This document shows, piece after piece, positions 38,236 through 47,482 of a DNA stretch of 53,565 nucleotides. Positions within the stretch are counted from its first letter, which is position 1, and each line of letters opens with the position of its first letter. The translations under genes and the position numbers were made by a program. The DNA is taken from the sequence record DRR378314_2131. One strand, given 5' to 3'. The notes beneath the pieces were generated by a model that was given only the letters and a program-made list of their open reading frames with translations, did not search any database and had not been told where the DNA came from.

Positions 38236-41099
38236 CTCAAATCACTCGAACCGGCGCGCTGATCGACAGCACGAAACCGATCACTTTTTTCTTTGAGGGA
38301 AAACGCTACTCCGGTGTTCAGGGCGACACCATTGCCTCGGCCCTGGCGGCCAATGGGCAATGGGTTCTGTCGCGCAGCTTCAAATACCATCGCCCGCGCG
38401 GGGTGCTGACCATGGCCGGTCAGGACGCCAATACATTGGTGCAGATCGGCAATGAGGTCAGCGTTTTTGCCGACCGTCACCCGATTTCTGAAGGGCTAGA
38501 GATCAAGGCTCAAAACGTCAACGGTTCCTTGGAGAAAGATCGCGACTTCTTCATGAACCGTATGGGGCGTTTCATGCCTGTGGGGTTCTATTATCGCACT
38601 TTCTATAAGCCTAAAGGCATCTGGGAGAAAATCTGGGAACCGCTGATCCGTGCCAAGGCGGGTCTGGGCACTATGGATATCAATGCGCCCGAAGACGGTT
38701 ATCACGACAAAGCTTATGGCTGGTATGATGTGGTTGTGGTGGGTGCCGGTCCTGCTGGTCTGGCTGCGGCGCTAGAGGCGGCCAAGTTGGGTGGGTCTGT
38801 TCTGCTGGTTGATGAAAATCCACAGCTGGGCGGCGCGGCGACCTATGCACGCGGCATGAATTTGCAAGACCTGATCGATCATGTCGAGGCGATGGAAAAC
38901 ATCGAGACTTGGACTGACGCCGTCTGTAATGGCTGGTTTGCCGACAATTGGCTGGCGGTGATCCAGGGTAACCGATTGCACAAAATCCGGGCGCGTCAGT
39001 TGGTGCTTGCCACAGGACTGATCGAACAACCCGCGCAATTCCGCAACAACGATCTGCCTGGGATTATGCAGGGTTCCGCTGCGCAGCGTTTGATAAAATC
39101 TTACGGTGTCACACCGGGGCAGACGGCAGTTGTTCTGGCGGGCAACGATGACGCCTATGGTGTGGCTCTTGACTTGGTGGATGCAGGTGTTTCCGTCACT
39201 GTCTGCGAACTGCGCAAGGAGGCGGAAGGGCCATTGCGGGCACAGGTTCAGACAGTGGGGCTTACCATCCACGATGGCTGCTGCATCTATGAGGCCTTGC
39301 CCGGGCCAGGCCACAAGCATGTGCGGGGCGTCTCCATTGCCGAATTGGACGACGCGGGTGCAGCGACTGGTAAGCAGCGGATGCTACCGTGCGATCTGGT
39401 CTGCATGTCGGTGGGCTACACACCAACCTATCAGCTCGCTGTGCAAGCTGGCGGCAAAGTTGGGTATGACGATAAAACGGCCATGTTCTCGATCACTGGG
39501 CACAACGCCGACGTTGGTCTCGCTGGATCAATGGATGGCCGATACGCGCTGGAGCGCTGTGTAGCTCATGGCACGGCCATGGGTGCGCGGGCTGCGGCCC
39601 GGCTGTCGGAGGCTGATGCCCCGGAAGCGCCAGACAAATGCGCCACTTCGCCCAATTACCCCTGGCCGATTTTCCCACATCCTAAAGGCAAGGATTTTGT
39701 GGATTTCGACGAAGATCTGCAAATCAAGGACATCAAGAATGCGGTTGCCGAGGGCTACCGCGAACTGGAATTGGTTAAACGCTTCTCCACCGTTGGCATG
39801 GGGCCTAGCCAAGGTCGGCACGCGGCGCTGCCGACCGCACGCCTGGTCGCCAAACACTCCGACCGCTCTGTTGCGGAAGTGGGGGTCACCACCGCGCGAC
39901 CACCTTTTACAACGGAAAAGATTGCCACGCTGGCGGGACGTAAGTTCACGCCGATGCGCCGCACGCCGATGCATTCCCGGCATGAGTCAGCCGGAGCAGA
40001 ATGGTTGCTGGCAGGGAATTGGCAACGTCCGGCTTATTATGGGCGGGGCAATGCTAAGAAGACCATTGCGCTCGAAGTCAGTAATGCGCGCACCAACGTC
40101 GGTATGATCGATGTTTCAACGCTTGGTGGGTTGGATGTGCGCGGTCCTGATGCGGCAGAATTCCTCAATCGGATGTACACATTTGCCTATGCCAAACTGC
40201 CCATCGGCAAAACACGTTACCTGCTGATGACCAATGAGGCGGGTACAGTGATTGACGACGGTGTGGCTTGCCGCATTGCCGAGGATTACTTCTACATCAC
40301 CGCAACCACCACCGGCGTCGACAATATCTACCGTAATATGCTGTGGTGGAACGCCCAATGGCGGTTGGACGTGGATATTGCCAATGTGACCGCAGCCTAT
40401 GCCGGCGTGAACCTTGCCGGACAAAATGCCCGTACGGTGCTTAACAAGCTGACAGATGATATCGCCACTGGCGCTGAGGATTTCCCGTATCTCGCTTATC
40501 GCGAGGGGCATGTGGCAGGCATTCCCGCTCGGGCTTTCCGGGTCGGTTTCATTGGTGAGTTGGGCTACGAAATCCATGTGCCCGCGCGTTATGGCGGGGC
40601 GCTTTGGGATGCTATTGCAGAAGCGGGTGCCGAGTTTGGCATTCGCCCCTTCGGGCTGGAAGCACAACGCGTCATGCGACTGGAAAAGGGCCATGTGATT
40701 GTTGGCCAGGACACCGACGGTATGACCACGCCGGAAGAGCTGGACATGATCTGGGCGGTGGCCAATAAGAAACCATTCTTCGTCGGCAAACGCAGTCTGG
40801 AATTGCGCAACAAGACGCTTAGGGATCGTAAATTGGTCGGCTTCTCCCTGGATGAGATGCCTACGGCTGGATTGGAAGAAAGCAATCTGGTGATCAAAAA
40901 TGGTGAGATCGCGGGCTTTGTGACGTCGATCTGTCAGTCGCCTTCGGTGGGCAAGGTCATTGGTCTGGCCTATGCGGCCCGCTCTGACAGCGAGACCGGT
41001 GCGAAGATCACCTTGCGTGCCAGTGACGGAAGCCTGCATCAGGCAACCGTTTGCTCCCCCCATTTCTACGACCCCGACAACCAGCGGCAGGAGATGTGA
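38232..41099 (+). CDS. soxA: Sarcosine oxidase/Mgd-type alpha subunit
   Basis: RSFKYHRPRG, GAGPAG and GMGPSQG motifs, plus a GcvT-like folate domain (DVSTLG, RLEKGH). Confidence 0.9.
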   Translation: MTQITRTGALIDSTKPITFFFEGKRYSGVQGDTIASALAANGQWVLSRSFKYHRPRGVLTMAGQDANTLVQIGNEVSVFADRHPISEGLEIKAQNVNGSLEKDRDFFMNRMGRFMPVGFYYRTFYKPKGIWEKIWEPLIRAKAGLGTMDINAPEDGYHDKAYGWYDVVVVGAGPAGLAAALEAAKLGGSVLLVDENPQLGGAATYARGMNLQDLIDHVEAMENIETWTDAVCNGWFADNWLAVIQGNRLHKIRARQLVLATGLIEQPAQFRNNDLPGIMQGSAAQRLIKSYGVTPGQTAVVLAGNDDAYGVALDLVDAGVSVTVCELRKEAEGPLRAQVQTVGLTIHDGCCIYEALPGPGHKHVRGVSIAELDDAGAATGKQRMLPCDLVCMSVGYTPTYQLAVQAGGKVGYDDKTAMFSITGHNADVGLAGSMDGRYALERCVAHGTAMGARAAARLSEADAPEAPDKCATSPNYPWPIFPHPKGKDFVDFDEDLQIKDIKNAVAEGYRELELVKRFSTVGMGPSQGRHAALPTARLVAKHSDRSVAEVGVTTARPPFTTEKIATLAGRKFTPMRRTPMHSRHESAGAEWLLAGNWQRPAYYGRGNAKKTIALEVSNARTNVGMIDVSTLGGLDVRGPDAAEFLNRMYTFAYAKLPIGKTRYLLMTNEAGTVIDDGVACRIAEDYFYITATTTGVDNIYRNMLWWNAQWRLDVDIANVTAAYAGVNLAGQNARTVLNKLTDDIATGAEDFPYLAYREGHVAGIPARAFRVGFIGELGYEIHVPARYGGALWDAIAEAGAEFGIRPFGLEAQRVMRLEKGHVIVGQDTDGMTTPEELDMIWAVANKKPFFVGKRSLELRNKTLRDRKLVGFSLDEMPTAGLEESNLVIKNGEIAGFVTSICQSPSVGKVIGLAYAARSDSETGAKITLRASDGSLHQATVCSPHFYDPDNQRQEM

Positions 41100-41101
41100 T
41101 C

Positions 41102-41710
41102 ATGGACAATCCAATCGCACAAAGCCCCTTTGCTCATCGTTTGCGCGACACTCGCCCGACAGTCAGCGGCGGTGTGAAGATTACCGACCTTTCCGCCTTG
41201 CCGCGCACCGGCTTCAAAGGCCGAGGCACCCGCGACTGGCTGGCATCTCAAGTTGGCACCATGCCAGACGCCCCCAACCAAGCCGCCTTTCAAGACGATG
41301 GCACAGTCATCGCCTGGCTAGGCGGGCAGGAATACCTGGCACTGCCTGATCCAGAGGGTCGTTCCACCTTCTGCGCAAATCTGACGAAGGCCTGGGATAC
41401 AGCGCGGTCCACTAGCACTCAGGGCATCGGCTTTCCGCTGCCTCGGGAAGACAGCCATAGTTGGCTGTGGATCACCGGCGCAGATGTACCGTCGATGATG
41501 GCCAAGATTTGTGGTGTGGATCTGCGGCCTGACGTCTTTGCGGAAGGGGACGTGGCGCAAACCGTAGTTGCGCGGCTCGGTGCCATCCTGCTGCGCCAGG
41601 ATCGCAACGGCGAGTTCGGGCTTTATATGCTGAGCGATTTTGCTTCCGGCCATTACCTGTGGGATGTCCTACAAGATGCGGCGGCGGAATATGGCGGAGG
41701 ATTTGTCTGA
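41102..41710 (+). CDS. soxG: Sarcosine oxidase/Mgd-type gamma subunit
   Basis: Position after soxA; RTGFKG, KICGVDL and YLWDVL motifs. Confidence 0.82.
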   Translation: MDNPIAQSPFAHRLRDTRPTVSGGVKITDLSALPRTGFKGRGTRDWLASQVGTMPDAPNQAAFQDDGTVIAWLGGQEYLALPDPEGRSTFCANLTKAWDTARSTSTQGIGFPLPREDSHSWLWITGADVPSMMAKICGVDLRPDVFAEGDVAQTVVARLGAILLRQDRNGEFGLYMLSDFASGHYLWDVLQDAAAEYGGGFV

Positions 41711-41711
41711 G

Positions 41712-42767
41712 ATGCCAAGCTACCAGTTTAACTCGGACAATGGTGCACCGGTTTGTGACGAGGTGATGCAGGCTTTGATCGCCTGCAACACTGGCGTTGA
41801 GACAGCTTATGGCGCGGATCAGTGGACCGAGCGTTTGAACCCGGCATTTTCCGAGTTCTTCGAGCGTGAAGCCTTTGTCTTTCCCGTGCCCACGGGTACA
41901 GCAGGCAACGGTTTGGCTCTGGGCGCGATCACGCCACCCTATGGCACTATCTTTTGCCACCGCCTAGCTCATGTGGTCACCACCGAATGTGGCGCGCCGG
42001 AGTTTTACTCTGGTGGTGGGCGCATGACTTTACTGAGCGGGGCGCACAATAAGATCACGCCGCAGGCCTTGCGTCAGGCGCTCTCCGATCATGGCATCGG
42101 CAACGCCCATCATATGCAGGCCAGCGCGCTTTGTCTGACCCAGGCCACCGAATGCGGTGTCACCTATGGGTTGGAGGAATTAGCTGAACTGAATGCCATC
42201 GCTCACGGTACGGGCATGAAGACCCATCTGGATGGGGCGCGGTTTTCCAATGCGCTCGTCCACCTGGGCTGTTCCCCTGCGGAAATGACTTGGAAGGCGG
42301 GTGTTGATCTGCTGACCTACGGCACCACCAAAAATGGCACGATGAACGCTGAAGCCGTGATCACATTTGATCCGGCCATCGGCGCGGCGCTGCGCTTCAT
42401 GCATAAACGAGCAGGGCACCTTTCGTCGAAGATGCGCTACATGTCCGCCCAGCTCCTTGCCCATTTGGAGGATGATCTGTGGCGGACAAATGCGGCCCGC
42501 GCCAATGGCAATGCCACACGTATCCTCGCTGCCTTGCACGCCTGCCCAGGGGTCGAAGTTGTCCATCCGGTGCATATCAACGAAGTCTTTGTTCAGTTGC
42601 CGCTTGCGCTAGAGGCAGCGCTAGTAAAGGTAGGATTGTCCCTGCGTCCCTGGGTTTGTGACGGGCAAGGCAATGGAGTGCGCATGGTGATGTCCTATGC
42701 GGATGAGGAATCCCACTTGGAAATTTTTGAACATACCTGTCGTAATTTTTCGAAAAACTGCAATTAG
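41712..42767 (+). CDS. Low-specificity L-threonine aldolase-like PLP enzyme
   Basis: FNSDN, AYGAD, TGTAGN, ECGAPEF, HLDGARF and GTTKNG motifs. Confidence 0.88.
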   Translation: MPSYQFNSDNGAPVCDEVMQALIACNTGVETAYGADQWTERLNPAFSEFFEREAFVFPVPTGTAGNGLALGAITPPYGTIFCHRLAHVVTTECGAPEFYSGGGRMTLLSGAHNKITPQALRQALSDHGIGNAHHMQASALCLTQATECGVTYGLEELAELNAIAHGTGMKTHLDGARFSNALVHLGCSPAEMTWKAGVDLLTYGTTKNGTMNAEAVITFDPAIGAALRFMHKRAGHLSSKMRYMSAQLLAHLEDDLWRTNAARANGNATRILAALHACPGVEVVHPVHINEVFVQLPLALEAALVKVGLSLRPWVCDGQGNGVRMVMSYADEESHLEIFEHTCRNFSKNCN

Positions 42768-42878
42768 GGCGCTTATCCGAGGCTTTTTCACGCACCGCTG
42801 CAGATTTGATGCCGGGAGATAACAAATGCTTTGAGCGTAGACTTTTAGAATTTTGTCAATGCAACAAACTGGAGGAGA

Positions 42879-43613
42879 GTGAGTTCTACCATGAGAATCG
42901 GAATTGTTGGAACAGGTACCATAGCCGCCGCCGTTGTCGATGGGATTGCTGAGGACGGCCACCAAATCACCGTTTCACACCGCGGAGAGGCGCACTCCTC
43001 CCGGCTCGCTGGAAAATATGAAAATGTGACTGTTGCTGACAATCAAGAGGTCCTTGATGCGAGTGACATCGTGTTCCTGGGTCTGGTGGCTGAACAAGCA
43101 AGGCCCGTTCTCTCTTCCCTGACATTCAGGCCAGACCAAAAGATCATATCACTCATGTCCGGCCCGACGCTCTCAGATTTGCGAGAAATGGTTGCGCCGG
43201 CGACTGCTGTCGCAAATATGATCCCTTTTCCTGGAATCGCCACAGGCGGATCTCCGATCTTGATACTGGGCGATGCTGCAATCGCCAATGCGCTTTTTGG
43301 GGCTCGCAATTCTATCTTCCAACTAGCGGATCAAAGTGAACTTGCCGCCTATCTCGCCGCTCAGGCTGTGCTTTCACCGGCAACAGTCATGGTGCAGAAA
43401 GCCGGAGAATGGCTGGGAGAAAATGTTAAAGATGCTGCGCAGGGCGAAGCGTTTTTACGTGCTTTGGTCGGCTCTAGCCTGCAAGCCACTCCGGATTGCC
43501 AGCACCTGATCCGGGCACTGAACACACCCGGAGGATATAACCAGCGCCTGCGGAATTATATGGAAACTTCGGGCTTCACGGAGCAGCTTAAACAGGGGCT
43601 TTCCAAGTTATGA
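42879..43613 (+). CDS. Pyrroline-5-carboxylate reductase-like NAD(P) oxidoreductase
   Basis: RIGIVGTGTIA and TPGGYN motifs. ATG 42891 is an alternative start. Confidence 0.75.
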   Translation: MSSTMRIGIVGTGTIAAAVVDGIAEDGHQITVSHRGEAHSSRLAGKYENVTVADNQEVLDASDIVFLGLVAEQARPVLSSLTFRPDQKIISLMSGPTLSDLREMVAPATAVANMIPFPGIATGGSPILILGDAAIANALFGARNSIFQLADQSELAAYLAAQAVLSPATVMVQKAGEWLGENVKDAAQGEAFLRALVGSSLQATPDCQHLIRALNTPGGYNQRLRNYMETSGFTEQLKQGLSKL

Positions 43614-43899
43614 GCAGCTGTAGAGCATGATCCATAAGGGCAGAACAGACGACAGTGGCTGGCGAAACCAAAGTGGCCCGAACGCCAATGAGCGGCCTCC
43701 ATTCTTTAGTTTTTCGGCAGTGCAGCGGAGCGGCGCGCTGCGTGCGCATGCAGCACGATGCCGCCTAAGCATACATTGAAACTCGCTAAAATTGCGCGTA
43801 CCGCAATGCACGGATTAGCTATATTGCCAAGTTAGCCAAGCCGGTCTCTGAATTCGCTGGGTCGTCTCATAGCCGAACCGCTATCGACACGTACTCAAA

Positions 43900-44313
43900 T
43901 CAGTATCTTTTTTCGAAAATTCCACGACGTTCATAAACCGTTGCGGCTTCTTCAATGAACTTCGCCAAAAGCTCTGCCTTATAGATGGACCGGAGAACAT
44001 CGGCCTGCGCGTGAAGCATTTCCAAATCGGCCCGTCCCGGACGCAGCATTTCATAGGTTTCCATGATAACGTCTTGAGGGATCGCAACGAGTTCGGCCGC
44101 ACGGTGAAAATTCTCGGCAAGGGTGCGGCGGCCCCCGGCAAGTGCTATTTCTGCCTGCAAATGCAGAGCTTCAGGAGTGATTGCGAGGTCAGCCGCTGTC
44201 ACCTCCCCAGCCAGAACTGCATCCAGCGTGATGTCTGACAGAAGTTTGCCGGTTGGTGTTTTGACCCGATCAGGCGCATTCTCGGCAAGTGGGTAAAGGT
44301 CTTTAACCGACAT
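43900..44313 (-). CDS. pduE: B12-dependent diol/glycerol dehydratase small (gamma) subunit
   Basis: YPLAE, KTPTGK, LAENFHRAAEL, LRPGR and FIEEAATVYE motifs. Confidence 0.92.
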   Translation of the reverse strand: MSVKDLYPLAENAPDRVKTPTGKLLSDITLDAVLAGEVTAADLAITPEALHLQAEIALAGGRRTLAENFHRAAELVAIPQDVIMETYEMLRPGRADLEMLHAQADVLRSIYKAELLAKFIEEAATVYERRGIFEKRY

Positions 44314-44317
44314 GGCA

Positions 44318-46582
44318 CTACGCTCCTTTGGGCGATAACGTGAGTTGAATGGGTTTTGCCTTGGGGTCGGTCATCTCAGTTTCCAATGCGAAGAGGATAG
44401 CAACACGCGCATGGAAACGGGCCGAGAGTGCCTCGCCCCGGAAGGGGACAACAACCGGCTCCGGTGCCTCTCCGAAGGTGTGGCGGGCCGCATTCCTGCC
44501 AAGTAGCTTGTAATGATCGAGCAGAACCAACGGCGCGTTCGAAAACAACTCAAGGTTCAAATGCGGCAAGCGATCGGAACGGTGCAGGACGGCGGTGCCT
44601 TTCGATTGAATGCCAATGCCAATCCCTGAACCAGACAGCTTAGCCGCCGATAAACCAACAAAAGATGTATCGGCCGTATGCATGATCCGCACCAGCCTTG
44701 CATTGCCGCCAGCGTCTTCAATGCCCGATACAATAGCGTTGACAACATCGGGCAGGCCATGGCCCGCAGACGTTCTGTGCATCTCTGTCCCGAAAGCCGG
44801 ACTGACGCCAATGACAACCTCATGTCGGTCCTCACCGGGCTCCGCGGTTCCCGCGTCAAAAAGCCAATCCGGGAATTTCTCCTTTCCCAGAGCTTCCGTT
44901 GCAAGAACGCTTTCCTTCGTCAGGGTTCCCCGGACGGATTTTACATCTGCCCAGCGTTTTTCGTCCATACGATAGCCGCTTGCCGGGCCGCTATAATCGT
45001 TGGGGTCATTCAGTGCGCTGATGATCTTGCCACCGCGGAAGATCGCAGAGGTTTGCAGGTAGTCGCCGGTCACGCGCTGCTTCAGCATGAAAAGGAGGTT
45101 CTCGGCCTCCTCGCGGAAGCCACGTTTGGCCAGGGCGCGAACAACGTCCACGGCGGTGATTTTCCGGCTCTTGATGGCTTCGCTAATCGGAGTGACCTCA
45201 CCGGCAGTGAAACTTTTCGTGTCATCTGAGCCCGAGGCAAAGACCACAGATTGAATCATTGATGTTGTAACATCGGCCAGACCGAGCTCTTCGAACACCG
45301 CAGTCAAAGCCTCTACAGCGCGAATTCGCACTCCAAGTGCGCGCTCTTCGTCAAGTGGTGTCAATCCGCCATCGACTTCGAAGTCTCGTTGCAGCGTCAG
45401 GTATTCCTCGATCTCTTCACCGTTGAATAAAGAGGCATTAAATGTGTTGTCGTATTTATTGATCGATCCCTGCCCACTGGTGATCAGGTCGGAACCTGCC
45501 AGCAGAAGTGGCGTGATCTTGGCGCCAACACGTATTTCAGATTCACTGGTGCGGGCATCGTTGCCAGATGCACATTCCAAACCAAGCCAAACAGCGATCA
45601 GGTTCTCGGCCATAAGTTCTCTGACCCCGCCCGGCATCGATGCGGTCAAAGCCGCGCCATCCACGCCGCCATTTTGCGTGCCCTGAATGCCCATTGCGCG
45701 CTGCACGCAAAGGCACCGGGCTTCGAGATAGAGTACAGACTTCTTTTCGTGAAACCCCATAAGAAGCTCGGCACCCGCCCCCGACGTGCATCGCGCCTTA
45801 ATTCCGCGCGACGCGTAAGCCGCCGTGAGGAACGCTTTGGACCAAGGCGTGTCGTCACCATCAATAAAAGCATTTTCTGTTCCGTATACAGAGATGGTCT
45901 CTGCATAGGTTGCCAGGCCGGCCATTCCGATCTGCAATTCTTCCGCCTCTTCAATAGAGCACTGAAACAGGGCGTCTCCGCGACCGACGGCGGCTCCGAC
46001 CGTACAAGCAAGCGCGTTGGCCCAAGAATTCGAAGAAACGCGCATCGTTGTCTCGAGTTCGTCAAAACCCAATTCCGCAGCAGTTGCCGCGTCCGCGGCC
46101 AATTGCAGCGGATCGTCCTTGGCATTAGTGACATGCGCCTGATTGCCTGGGGTCTTACGCTGTCGCATTTTTGAATATGCAAACGCGACCTCAAGCGACG
46201 AAAGATGCGCGACAACGTTGGCAAGTTTTGCCGGTGTCATGCCGCGCGCCAGCCGCTCCAGCTTTTCTCTGGGAACATTGATATCCACCAGCATCCTAGC
46301 AATTTCACCATCATCAATGGCCATGGCCTCTTCAACCAGGTCCGGATCCAAATGATGGCGTGCGATAAATTCGTCCAGAATGTCGAAGTCCTTTTCAGAC
46401 TTGCCATCCAGACTGACAACACGTCCGCCTTTGATCGTAACGGCAGGCGTGGGATCATAAGGGCTTTTGAAAACCGAAAACCCAGCCTCGGGCTCTTCTT
46501 CTGCGAAGAGATCAAGGCGGAGCATTCTATCGTCCCAATCGGAAAAGCGCCGCCAGCGATTGGTGTCAGAGGTGTTGGCCAT
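44318..46582 (-). CDS. Fused large (alpha) + medium (beta) subunit of an adenosylcobalamin-dependent diol dehydratase-family enzyme
   Basis: Alpha motifs QAHVTN, YAETISVYGT, DGDDTPWSK and QRDFEVDGGL. In the same frame, beta motifs EVVIGVSPAFG, SGSGIGIGIQSKGT and NLELFSNAPL. Confidence 0.92.
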   Translation of the reverse strand: MANTSDTNRWRRFSDWDDRMLRLDLFAEEEPEAGFSVFKSPYDPTPAVTIKGGRVVSLDGKSEKDFDILDEFIARHHLDPDLVEEAMAIDDGEIARMLVDINVPREKLERLARGMTPAKLANVVAHLSSLEVAFAYSKMRQRKTPGNQAHVTNAKDDPLQLAADAATAAELGFDELETTMRVSSNSWANALACTVGAAVGRGDALFQCSIEEAEELQIGMAGLATYAETISVYGTENAFIDGDDTPWSKAFLTAAYASRGIKARCTSGAGAELLMGFHEKKSVLYLEARCLCVQRAMGIQGTQNGGVDGAALTASMPGGVRELMAENLIAVWLGLECASGNDARTSESEIRVGAKITPLLLAGSDLITSGQGSINKYDNTFNASLFNGEEIEEYLTLQRDFEVDGGLTPLDEERALGVRIRAVEALTAVFEELGLADVTTSMIQSVVFASGSDDTKSFTAGEVTPISEAIKSRKITAVDVVRALAKRGFREEAENLLFMLKQRVTGDYLQTSAIFRGGKIISALNDPNDYSGPASGYRMDEKRWADVKSVRGTLTKESVLATEALGKEKFPDWLFDAGTAEPGEDRHEVVIGVSPAFGTEMHRTSAGHGLPDVVNAIVSGIEDAGGNARLVRIMHTADTSFVGLSAAKLSGSGIGIGIQSKGTAVLHRSDRLPHLNLELFSNAPLVLLDHYKLLGRNAARHTFGEAPEPVVVPFRGEALSARFHARVAILFALETEMTDPKAKPIQLTLSPKGA

Positions 46583-46675
46583 GGCTTATCTCCTTGTTGC
46601 AATGCCGCTCCGATTGAGCAGCGCGGCCGATGTATTCTGGCGAATTGCGCTACTGTTACGCGTTTGATTTCAGAA

Positions 46676-47482
46676 CTAGATGCATTCCCCGCCATCTACG
46701 ACCAGCGCATGACCCGTCATGAACGAAGACATATCGGAGGCAAGAAATACAATAGCATCTGAGATTTCACTACATGTCGCCCACCGACCCATTGGAATGT
46801 TGTCCTTAACATACTGTTCCAACGCACCTCGCCCTCCCATCTGAACCTCGAAGCCGGCATTGAACGGTGTGTCCACAAAGCCCGGGCAAAGAGAGTTGAA
46901 ACGGATGTTGAGATTGGCATAGTCAGCCGCCATCTGTCGCGTCATCGCAACAACCGCGTGCTTTGTCGTCGCATAAGCAATCATGCCTCGATCATATTGG
47001 ATGCCAGAATTGGATGCTGTGATAATAATGCTGCCGCCGCCCTGTCGTTTCATAGGTTGAATTGCGGCTCGGGCAGCAATGAAATGGGCTCGTACATTTA
47101 TTGCCCAGCTCGCATCCATCCCCTCCGGGGCAACCTCTTCGAGCGACCCTTCGACTTGAATTCCTGCATGGGAATGAAGAATATCAAGGCGGCCATGTTC
47201 TTCCGCCGTTTCAAGAACCGCTGCTTCCAACGCCGCGTCCTCGCCGACATCCAGCTGGCGTGACGAGCCATGGAAGCCTTTGGCCACGATCTCGTTCTGA
47301 ACAGCCGCGGCCAAATCTCCATCACGATCTGACACGACAACATGTGCGCCACACCGCGCCATTGCGAGCGCCCCGGCCCGCCCAATCCCTGAGCCCGCAC
47401 CAGTTACCAGGGCAATTCGACCGTTCAGCGAGACCATGTCCGCGGGAGATTTTGACATAGTTTGCGTTGCAATTCCGTTCAC
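46676..47482 (-). CDS. Short-chain dehydrogenase/reductase
   Basis: TGAGSGIG, TASNSG, YATTK and CPGFVDT motifs. Start uncertain (47482 or 47458). Confidence 0.9.
   Translation of the reverse strand: MNGIATQTMSKSPADMVSLNGRIALVTGAGSGIGRAGALAMARCGAHVVVSDRDGDLAAAVQNEIVAKGFHGSSRQLDVGEDAALEAAVLETAEEHGRLDILHSHAGIQVEGSLEEVAPEGMDASWAINVRAHFIAARAAIQPMKRQGGGSIIITASNSGIQYDRGMIAYATTKHAVVAMTRQMAADYANLNIRFNSLCPGFVDTPFNAGFEVQMGGRGALEQYVKDNIPMGRWATCSEISDAIVFLASDMSSFMTGHALVVDGGECI

Noticed and set aside
43900-46582. Pdu bacterial microcompartment locus
   Set aside because: There are no shell proteins, PduP/PduQ or reactivase genes in the window.
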